Part shown: positions 56,598-64,000 of the stretch, one piece after another
Position numbering within the stretch: the first letter of the stretch is position 1
Layout: each line of letters begins with the position of its first letter
Origin: Patescibacteria group bacterium
GTDB lineage: Bacteria > Patescibacteriota > Minisyncoccia > Phycocordibacterales > UBA918
Length of the DNA stretch: 64,000 nucleotides
Direction of reading: 5' to 3'
Assembly (NCBI GenBank): GCA_019752815.1
Contig: JAIELQ010000007.1
Span: 115,728 to 179,727 of the forward strand
Notes under the pieces: generated by a model
The model's database searches: none
The model's input: the letters and a program-made list of their open reading frames with translations, nothing else
What the model was told of the DNA's origin: nothing
Program-made: the position numbers and the translations under genes

Positions 56598-57659
56598 ATG
56601 GAAACTCATCTCCGTTCAAAGCAGTACTACGAAGATCGCTATGATCGAATGACCGTAGAGGACTGCCGACGGAGTGAAAGCTTTTTCTTGAGGAGTACCG
56701 ATGGTGACACTGATAATATTGAAGAAAAACTAAAGGCTGGTATCCGAGAAGTAGCTTGGGAAATCAAGAGAGTTCACCTAACCTTAGACTGGTACAGCAA
56801 GCGCGAATCTACTATCAATGAGTGGATGCAGAAGGACCAAGCGCGGGACACGATGCTTGCTGTAGCACAACCGCCAAGAAACGTATTCTGTTCGACGTGT
56901 GCTGAGAGAATGAATGAGGACAGTCGCACTACTTGGGATAGAGGTAGTAAGGAGCAGGTATTGTTTTTCATGCGCTGCGTCGCTGGTCACCTGCCAATGA
57001 AAGGTGTATTTGAAGATGGTGTCGAGCTGGTTATAGAAGATAAACTTTGTCCAAAATGTAGCGCTGTATTGAACAGCAGTCGCTTACCGAGTAAAAAGGG
57101 TGCGATTAAAACAAAAATATCCTGTTCGGCTTGTAATTTCGAAGAAGTAGATGAATTTGCATTAAGCAGTAATGAACCGGCAGAGGATCCAAGTTATGAG
57201 GCAGACCGACTACGCTTCTGTCTTACTGGTGAAAGTTTAAAGAAGGCACAAGATGAGGCATTTAGGATGGAGCAAATGAGCCGTTTGGTAGAGGGGTGGA
57301 AGCACGAGGAGGAACATCAGGCAGAGTACAAAGCAGTATCCGAACTAGAAAAATTGACTATACCGCAAGTAAAACAGCGAATTAGTGACCTTATCGAAGG
57401 AAAGAACTACTTAAATCTAGTATTTGAAAAACCGAGTATTGAGCGGTACGTCTCACTAGAATTCAGTGTGGAAGAAATGAAAACGGACAATCAGCGGATG
57501 AGCATCAGCAATCTCCAAAAGTTGTTAAAAATGGCATTTGCGGACACGAATTGGCGCCTAATGACTGAGGGTATTAGTTATCGCTTGGGGCTCCTGACAG
57601 GCAGAATTCGGGCTTATGAATCAAAGGAAGATCTACTCAAACTGGTAACGAAAAAGTAG
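56598..57659 (+). CDS. Hypothetical protein with zinc-ribbon motifs
   Basis: CSTC, CVAGH, CPKC and CSAC motifs. Confidence 0.75.
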   Translation: METHLRSKQYYEDRYDRMTVEDCRRSESFFLRSTDGDTDNIEEKLKAGIREVAWEIKRVHLTLDWYSKRESTINEWMQKDQARDTMLAVAQPPRNVFCSTCAERMNEDSRTTWDRGSKEQVLFFMRCVAGHLPMKGVFEDGVELVIEDKLCPKCSAVLNSSRLPSKKGAIKTKISCSACNFEEVDEFALSSNEPAEDPSYEADRLRFCLTGESLKKAQDEAFRMEQMSRLVEGWKHEEEHQAEYKAVSELEKLTIPQVKQRISDLIEGKNYLNLVFEKPSIERYVSLEFSVEEMKTDNQRMSISNLQKLLKMAFADTNWRLMTEGISYRLGLLTGRIRAYESKEDLLKLVTKK

Positions 57660-57732
57660 TTATTTGACACATATACTTATAACACAGTGATAATTGAGGA
57701 AACCCATCCAAAATGCTAATCTGTATAGACAT

Positions 57733-58725
57733 ATGGCCTTTATTTTTAGTGGTGGTAAACGGTATAATTTAATTCCTTTTGATACTGAAGCGGAGTTTGA
57801 AAAGGCTGTCATCGAACATGCTGTTGAATTGTTTGGTCCCAACACGTTTTACCTTGATGCTAAAAGGTTAATCGCCCGGAGGGGTGAATGGAAAGGTGGT
57901 ATTCCAGATGGTTTTCTCATTGATTTATCAGACCCAACTGAACCGCATCTCTATTTTGTTGAAAACGAACTAGCTTCTCATGATGTGTATAGGCACGTAG
58001 CAGAGCAAGTAGCTCGTTTTTTGGCCATTGCAGTTACCGATGCTATCCAACTACGTGCCATTCTTGCTAATCACATTCGAGCCAACAAAGAATTACTAGC
58101 ACAAATTGAAACGCACATTAAAGAGGCACAATTTCATAACCTTGATAATCTTCTTAATGTACTCACAGAGAAGCCAGCACGTGTTGTCGTAGTGATTGAC
58201 GAAGAGACTGAGGATCTTAACCAAGTACTCTCGGTTTTTCAACGTCGGCCAGACGTGGCAGTGCTGCAGCGATTTACAAGCGACAGTGAGTCTATGTATT
58301 GGTGCCAGCCAATGCGTGATGATGCTGAAGTGCTTGTGACTAATGGACAGACAACAGCCGCTCCAGCACTCCGAGAGTTTGACACAATAGTTTGTCCAGC
58401 ACATAAGGAAGGTTTTGAATCTGCATTCATCAAGCAAGATGCTTGGTGGGCTATCAGACTTTCACAAGAAGCACGCGAACGCATAAATTACTTAGCGATT
58501 TATCAAAAAGCACCCATTGGAGCAGTGACACACGTGGCTGAAATTGAACGGATTGAGCCGTATAAGAACTCCGGCAAGTTTATTGTTTACGTCAAGAATA
58601 AGCGAACAATCGGTCCGATTAAACTTGATGGCGGAGGAAAGCGTGGCATTGCACCGCAAGGACCACGATTTACCACAATAGAAAAGCTCAAGCAAGCAAA
58701 AAAACTAAGTGACCTTTGGAAGTAA
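57733..58725 (+). CDS. Putative PD-(D/E)XK-like endonuclease with C-terminal accessory domain
   Basis: 'E.EFE......GIPDGFLID...YFVENEL..H' nuclease-like N-terminus; C-terminal 'YLAIYQ.API.A.THVAEI..IE' domain. Confidence 0.6.
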   Translation: MAFIFSGGKRYNLIPFDTEAEFEKAVIEHAVELFGPNTFYLDAKRLIARRGEWKGGIPDGFLIDLSDPTEPHLYFVENELASHDVYRHVAEQVARFLAIAVTDAIQLRAILANHIRANKELLAQIETHIKEAQFHNLDNLLNVLTEKPARVVVVIDEETEDLNQVLSVFQRRPDVAVLQRFTSDSESMYWCQPMRDDAEVLVTNGQTTAAPALREFDTIVCPAHKEGFESAFIKQDAWWAIRLSQEARERINYLAIYQKAPIGAVTHVAEIERIEPYKNSGKFIVYVKNKRTIGPIKLDGGGKRGIAPQGPRFTTIEKLKQAKKLSDLWK

Positions 58726-58736
58726 TTAATATTTTT

Positions 58737-60632
58737 ATGAAAGAGCAAAACATCACAAAAAACATCACCTCTCCGCAAGTTACGCTCGAGGCGCTCCAGC
58801 GTGATTTTGCGCATTGTTTTGATAAGGATGGGGATTTTGACATTGAAAAGTTCAAACGTGAAATTGCTGGCGCTGAGGTGAATTTTTCTAAGGAAAGCTA
58901 CGGCATGGACTGGCTAGGAAAGAGCTATGCGCGAGTACGAGCTACCGATCCGGCCACTACGTTACTCAAGGAAGATGTTGCTTGGAATAGTAAAGAAGAA
59001 AACAAAAACTCAGAGAATCTCCTCATCAAGGGCGACAACCTCGAGGTCCTCAAGCATTTATCTAACGCCTATCACGAACAGATAAAAATGATTTATATCG
59101 ACCCACCATACAACACGGGTACTGATGGGTTTGTGTACGAAGACGACCGCAAGTTTACTCCAGAAGAATTTGCTGAGTTAGCTGGCGTTGACCTAGAACA
59201 AGCCAAGCGTATTTTGGACTTTGTAGATAGTAAGAGTAACTCGCACAGTGCATGGCTTTCGTTTATGTACCCGCGACTTTATATCGCACGTCAGTTGCTA
59301 AAAGACGATGGGGTAATCTTCGTGAGTATTGATGACAATGAGGTAGCGCAGTTGAAGATTTTAATGAACGAGGTTTTTGGAGAAACAAATTTCATTGCGC
59401 ATTTAATATGGAAAAACAAGAAGGGTGGTGGTAATGATTCAAAATATATAGCTATAGAACATGAATCAATTTTAGTATTTGCTAAATCAAAAAATGATCT
59501 TGAGAGACTATTTCATAGATACACTGATGAATACAAAAAGCGATATAAGGAAGAAGACGAGGACGGTTTATTCTTTTGGGATACTTTTAAACGCAAATCA
59601 GGAAAGCAGTACTATTCAATAAAATGTCCAGATGGTTCCACACTCGAGAAGGATGAGTTTGGTAACCCAATAAGTTGGCTGCGATCAGAATCCACCTTTA
59701 AGAAAGACCTTAAACGAGGTGAAATTAGAATTGTTAAAATTGGAGACCAGTGGTCAGTACAGTTCAAGCAAAGACTTCCTGAAGGAAAAAAGCCGCGGAG
59801 CATCTTAGATTCTTTTGGAACTACTAGTGACGGTTCAGATGAGTGTTTTGACTTATTTAAAAAACACATTTTTAGTAACCCAAAGCCGACTAGCCTGATC
59901 TCTCATATGTTAGATATCGTTTCTGAGTCAAACGACATTATCCTTGACTTCTTTGGGGGCTCTGGCACTACTGCTGATGCAGTAATGCGACTCAATACAG
60001 AAGATAGCGGGAGTCGAAAATTTTTAGTTGTACAAATCAGTGAAAAAATTGACCCAATAAAAAATAAAGTTGCATACGATTTTGTAAAAAGCGAACTTAA
60101 AATCAAAGAACCGAATATCTTTGACATTACCAAAGAACGACTTGTACGCGCAGCTAAAAAAATAAAAGAAGAACATAAAGATAGTGAACATATCGCTAGC
60201 GTTGATTTTGGCTTCAAAATATTTGAAACCGTACCTCAATGGGATGGGTATGTCGATGAGCCAACGGAATACGATAACAATCTAAAAATATTTGATGTAG
60301 CAAAGTTAAAAGACAACGATATCGCGACACTCCTCACCACTTGGAAAACTTACGATAGCATCCCACTCACGACATCACTTACAGAGGTTGATCTTGGAGG
60401 ATACACAGGCTACTACAACGATAATAAGTTGTACCTTGTTCATGCTGGTTTTACTGCAAAGCACCTCACTGCGTTGCTGAAGATGATCGATACAGACACC
60501 ACATTCAGTCCTGCAACAATCATTATCTTCGGGTATCACTTTGACAGTGCTCGTATGCGTGAACTTGCTGAGAACGTAAAGAGCTACGCAAACAAGAAAA
60601 GTATCGATATCGAGTGCATCACACGCTACTAG
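58737..60632 (+). CDS. mod: Type III restriction-modification methyltransferase (Mod)
   Basis: GDNLEVLK, IYIDPPYN (amino-MTase motif IV), FVSIDDNE, F.NPKP, LDFFGGSGTT. ATG 58737. Confidence 0.95.
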   Translation: MKEQNITKNITSPQVTLEALQRDFAHCFDKDGDFDIEKFKREIAGAEVNFSKESYGMDWLGKSYARVRATDPATTLLKEDVAWNSKEENKNSENLLIKGDNLEVLKHLSNAYHEQIKMIYIDPPYNTGTDGFVYEDDRKFTPEEFAELAGVDLEQAKRILDFVDSKSNSHSAWLSFMYPRLYIARQLLKDDGVIFVSIDDNEVAQLKILMNEVFGETNFIAHLIWKNKKGGGNDSKYIAIEHESILVFAKSKNDLERLFHRYTDEYKKRYKEEDEDGLFFWDTFKRKSGKQYYSIKCPDGSTLEKDEFGNPISWLRSESTFKKDLKRGEIRIVKIGDQWSVQFKQRLPEGKKPRSILDSFGTTSDGSDECFDLFKKHIFSNPKPTSLISHMLDIVSESNDIILDFFGGSGTTADAVMRLNTEDSGSRKFLVVQISEKIDPIKNKVAYDFVKSELKIKEPNIFDITKERLVRAAKKIKEEHKDSEHIASVDFGFKIFETVPQWDGYVDEPTEYDNNLKIFDVAKLKDNDIATLLTTWKTYDSIPLTTSLTEVDLGGYTGYYNDNKLYLVHAGFTAKHLTALLKMIDTDTTFSPATIIIFGYHFDSARMRELAENVKSYANKKSIDIECITRY

Positions 60633-60638
60633 CATAAT

Positions 60639-63563
60639 ATGGCAGGCTTTAATTTTGAGAAAAATCTAGAACATCAATCACACGCTGTGGCAGCGACAGT
60701 GGGGGTATTTGATGGTGTAGCTGTGGAGCAAGCAATTGGTGTATCAGCTCAGTTTGCAAACCCACGCTTTACTGCCACATCACATGAAATAGCAAATAAT
60801 GTCGCGGCTATGCGGACACGTTTTGCTGTATCTGATGGCACGGTTGACGGCACCAGCACCATTATCGATATCATGATGGAGACAGGTACCGGTAAGACGT
60901 ATACGTACACCAAGACTATGTTCGAAATGAACAAACTCTTTGGTATCTTTAAATTTGTGATTGTGGTCCCGACACTGCCGATTAAAGCCGGTACTATTAA
61001 CTTTTTACGCTCACAGAGCACTCGAGAGCACTTCAAAGAACAGTACGGTAAGCAACTGCAGCTTCATATCGTCGAGAGTCAAAAATCTGGCAAAAGTAAA
61101 AAATCAGTCATTCCGACAGCAGTACAGAGTTTTGTGGGTGCCGGTAGCTACGAACGCAATCATATTCAAGTGCTCGTTATTAATGCTGGTATGGTCAACT
61201 CGGACACTATGCAGAAGCGCTTTGATACGAGTCTCTTTGACCAACACGCAGTGCCATTTGATGCTATAGCTGCAACGCGGCCAATCATGATTATTGATGA
61301 ACCGCATAAGTTTGCTAAAGACAATAAAACTTGGAGTAATCTTGAGCGTATGCGTCCACAGTACACCATACGCTACGGTGCTACCTTCCCAGAGACGGAA
61401 CTAAAGAAGAAAAACTCACTCGGCAAAACGGTGAAAGTGTCAGTTAAGGATTATCATAATTTGGTCTATACCCTCACTGCTGTTGATTCTTTTAATAAGA
61501 ACCTCGTGAAGGGCGTGATCGGTCACGTAGCAGAGTTTGAAGCAGGAAGGAATGCACTTGTAAAACTCATTTCGCTTACTGGGACAGAGGCTAAATTTGA
61601 ACTGACTGAGGGTAACAGAAAGTCTACTCGTACCCTAGGAAAGAAAGACACTCTCTCCAAAGTGCATGTAGCGATGGAAGGACTTACCATTGAAAACATG
61701 AATAAGTCGTGTGTAGTGCTCTCAAACGGACTCGAACTCAAGAAAGGCGACAAGCTAAATCCATACTCATATGCTGAAACACTACAAGAGTCGATGATCA
61801 AAAAAGCAGTGAAGAATCATTTTGAGTTGGAATATGACTTGCTCCAGCGTGATACACGTATCAAGCCACTGACACTCTTTTTCATTGATAATATTGATGA
61901 GTATCGTGGTAAAGATGGCTACATAAGGAAAACTGTTGAAAAACATATTAAAGCGGAAGCAAAGCGTCTTTTAACCCAATCATGTACGCCTGCATACAAA
62001 ACTTTTCTCGAGGCAACTCTAACCAGTATTTCTGATTCACACGGCGGTTATTTCTCACAAGATAATACCGATAGTGACGAAAAAATAGAAAAGGAAGTTA
62101 ACGAGATCCTTCACGACAAGGAGGAAATTCTTCGTATTGACAATACTCGTCGTTTCATTTTTTCAAAGTGGACTCTGCGCGAAGGCTGGGACAATCCAAA
62201 CGTATTTCAGATATGCAAGCTCCGCAGTAGTGGCTCGGATATTTCAAAACTGCAGGAAGTAGGTCGTGGTTTGCGTCTACCTGTTAATGAGTACGGAAAT
62301 CGGGAGAAGGACGAGCAGTTCTTCCTCCACTATTTTGTCGACTTTACAGAAAATGATTTTGTAAATCAATTAGTCGCTGAAATTAATAAAAAATCTGGTG
62401 CAATATCTCGTGCTGCTGTGTATGAACGACTAACTGACGAGATGGTCGCACAAATAGTAGAGAAATACAGTGTTACTGAAGAATCACTTCTTGAGACGCT
62501 CGATAAAAACAACGTAATTACTCGTAGCAATCAATTCAAAGATGGAGGACTTGCTTATATTCAATCTAACTATAGCCTCATCTTTGAAGGTGTAGACAGC
62601 AACAAGATTCGTAAAGCGAACGATGTGAAGAAGCGTGTGACAGTACGAACAGAGAAGTACACAGCCCTTCAAGAGCTCTGGGAAAAACTGAATGAAAAAG
62701 TAATATTGGAGTACAAGATTGACGATGAAGAAAAATTTAAGACGCTGTTTGTTAACTTCTTAAAGCAGTCGGCTGCTGCGTTTAAAGCTGATAGTGTTCG
62801 TAGTCGAATAGAACGAGTAGTCATTGAGGATGGGCAAGCAGTACGACAGAGCGAAGTAGGTCTTAAAGATTCTGAACTAACCTCACTCACGACCATGAAT
62901 TATGGTGCATTCTTGCGCCAACTCGGTGAAGCCTTACACATGAACATTGCAACACTGCACGGATCGTTCAAGACAGCAAAAATAAACCCGACGCCGTTCT
63001 TGAACCAGACAACCATCCGAATTATTAAGCAAAAGTTTGATGCGTTCCTTCTATATAACGCGATTGATGCTTTTACCATCGAGTATCAGCGAGTCACCAA
63101 TACAATTCATCCAACCAAGTTCACAAACAAAGAGGGTAAAGTTGTACGTGATGCTGCCTCTGCTGACGTGGGTGTTATGAGTAGCACCGACAGAGTCGCT
63201 CCCAACTACTTCTTTAACGAACTATTTTTTGATAGTGAACTAGAAAAACAGAATATCATCACAAACATCACTGAAGTGCTTGTTTTCACAAAGATTCCGA
63301 AGAACTCAATAAAAATTCCCGTAGCAGGTGGTAAAAGTTACTCCCCAGACTTTGCGTACGTACTTAATTTTAAGGACGGACAAAAAAAGCTCTACTTCAT
63401 AGTTGAAACAAAAAACACAACTGAGGAGGGCTTGCGTGATGAAGAGCGAGCCAAAATTAAACATGCAGAGAAGTTTTTTGGTGGAAAGGTAAAGATTAAG
63501 TTTAAGACGCAATTTGAACAAGACAAAATAGTTGATCTGATACAACAACTTACTGTAAGTTAA
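60639..63563 (+). CDS. res: Type III restriction endonuclease (Res), EcoP15I/EcoP1-like
   Basis: METGTGKT, DEPH, LREGWDNPNVFQIC, QEVGRGLR, C-terminal SPDF...ETK nuclease; directly follows mod. Confidence 0.95.
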   Translation: MAGFNFEKNLEHQSHAVAATVGVFDGVAVEQAIGVSAQFANPRFTATSHEIANNVAAMRTRFAVSDGTVDGTSTIIDIMMETGTGKTYTYTKTMFEMNKLFGIFKFVIVVPTLPIKAGTINFLRSQSTREHFKEQYGKQLQLHIVESQKSGKSKKSVIPTAVQSFVGAGSYERNHIQVLVINAGMVNSDTMQKRFDTSLFDQHAVPFDAIAATRPIMIIDEPHKFAKDNKTWSNLERMRPQYTIRYGATFPETELKKKNSLGKTVKVSVKDYHNLVYTLTAVDSFNKNLVKGVIGHVAEFEAGRNALVKLISLTGTEAKFELTEGNRKSTRTLGKKDTLSKVHVAMEGLTIENMNKSCVVLSNGLELKKGDKLNPYSYAETLQESMIKKAVKNHFELEYDLLQRDTRIKPLTLFFIDNIDEYRGKDGYIRKTVEKHIKAEAKRLLTQSCTPAYKTFLEATLTSISDSHGGYFSQDNTDSDEKIEKEVNEILHDKEEILRIDNTRRFIFSKWTLREGWDNPNVFQICKLRSSGSDISKLQEVGRGLRLPVNEYGNREKDEQFFLHYFVDFTENDFVNQLVAEINKKSGAISRAAVYERLTDEMVAQIVEKYSVTEESLLETLDKNNVITRSNQFKDGGLAYIQSNYSLIFEGVDSNKIRKANDVKKRVTVRTEKYTALQELWEKLNEKVILEYKIDDEEKFKTLFVNFLKQSAAAFKADSVRSRIERVVIEDGQAVRQSEVGLKDSELTSLTTMNYGAFLRQLGEALHMNIATLHGSFKTAKINPTPFLNQTTIRIIKQKFDAFLLYNAIDAFTIEYQRVTNTIHPTKFTNKEGKVVRDAASADVGVMSSTDRVAPNYFFNELFFDSELEKQNIITNITEVLVFTKIPKNSIKIPVAGGKSYSPDFAYVLNFKDGQKKLYFIVETKNTTEEGLRDEERAKIKHAEKFFGGKVKIKFKTQFEQDKIVDLIQQLTVS

Positions 63564-63572
63564 TAATTTATT

Positions 63573-64000
63573 GTGGTGTTATCAAAATCAAATTATCTTA
63601 CATTCCTCAAGCATCCGGCATGGTTGTGGTTGATTGCGCATGAACCCGACAAAATTCCTAAACATGATGCTGACACACTAGCTATCTTTTCTGCAGGACA
63701 TCGCTTTGAAGAGTATGCAGAACATTTATTTATTGATGGATATGCGCTTGGGTATAACGTGAGCGGACACTTTGACTGGAAACTTTACCAATCGTTACCA
63801 GAGCGCACCGCTGAGGCTCTACAAGGAGAACACAAGCTATTGTTCCAAGGTCGGATAGAGGTAGACGGGCTTACCTGTATTTTTGATGTATTGGAACGTA
63901 CCGCTATGGGCACGTTTAATCTATATGAAATTAAATCAAGTAGTAGTGCTAAGCGAGAGCATGAATACGACTTGGCTTTCCAGACGTACGTGCTAGAAAA
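63573..64000 (+). CDS. 5' part of a DUF2779-type / Cas4-like PD-(D/E)XK nuclease (truncated by the window end; not in the ORF track)
   Basis: Open frame from GTG 63573: LSKSNYLTFLKHPAWLWL...GHRFEEYA..LF...FDVLE...LYEIKSS...HEYDLAFQ.YVL. Confidence 0.75.
   Translation, partial: MVLSKSNYLTFLKHPAWLWLIAHEPDKIPKHDADTLAIFSAGHRFEEYAEHLFIDGYALGYNVSGHFDWKLYQSLPERTAEALQGEHKLLFQGRIEVDGLTCIFDVLERTAMGTFNLYEIKSSSSAKREHEYDLAFQTYVLE

Larger units (their letters stand above)
47684..64000. mobile_element. Integrative element / genomic island at tRNA-Ala; right end lies beyond the window
   Basis: Recombinases abut the tRNA 3' end, followed by a PrimPol-AAA replicase, ArdC/SymE/SSAP-like genes and R-M cargo. 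No capsid or conjugation genes are recognisable in the visible part. Confidence 0.85.

Noticed and set aside
58737-60632. Phase-variable mod (phasevarion)
   Set aside because: I saw no simple-sequence repeat tract in the 5' region or ORF, and the frame is intact.
406-63548. Numerous antisense or alternate-frame ORFs of 60-180 aa inside long genes
   Set aside because: Shadow ORFs fully overlapping well-supported CDSs, with no independent motifs.
47746-64000. Second att site (tRNA-Ala 3' duplicate) or a prophage
   Set aside because: No copy of TTCGAATCTTCTCGGGTCC was noticed by eye and no structural phage genes are recognisable; the right boundary is probably outside the window.
63573-64000. 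cas4 of a CRISPR-Cas locus
   Set aside because: The fold family is related, but the N-terminus matches stand-alone DUF2779-type proteins and no other cas gene or array is visible.

Overview
The window looks like part of a Patescibacteria (CPR, probably Parcubacteria) chromosome. This is inferred from gene content, SD-less start regions and Thr/Ser-rich secreted proteins; genetic code 11 fits the TGA stops. It has three zones. (1) 1-31.7 kb is a large cell-surface locus built from two parallel modules. Each pairs a mid-sized secreted subunit with a giant secreted protein sharing the same C-terminal domain, together with DUF916/DUF3324 (WxL-interacting)-like membrane proteins and dockerin-like proteins; cohesin-like proteins (module B), a MacB/LolCDE-type ABC transporter (module A) and an intervening Ca2+/cation antiporter complete the locus. 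(2) 31.7-47.7 kb is mostly housekeeping (AI-2E, CapA, FKBP, tgt, uvrB, uvrA, uvrC-like, ddl, phhB, tRNA-Ala-TGC), interleaved with orphan genes. (3) 47.7 kb to the window end is an integrative element at tRNA-Ala. Its large serine recombinase ORF ends inside the antisense tRNA, followed by a small serine recombinase, a PrimPol-AAA replicase, ArdC-like, SymE-like and Rad52-like genes, a degenerate FtsK, nucleases and an EcoP15I-like type III R-M system. Non-coding highlights are a six-copy family of modular long hairpins at stop codons, a tandem array of tRNA-3'-like repeats, and a cloverleaf-shaped 5' leader. All family assignments were made by eye from motifs; no database search was run.
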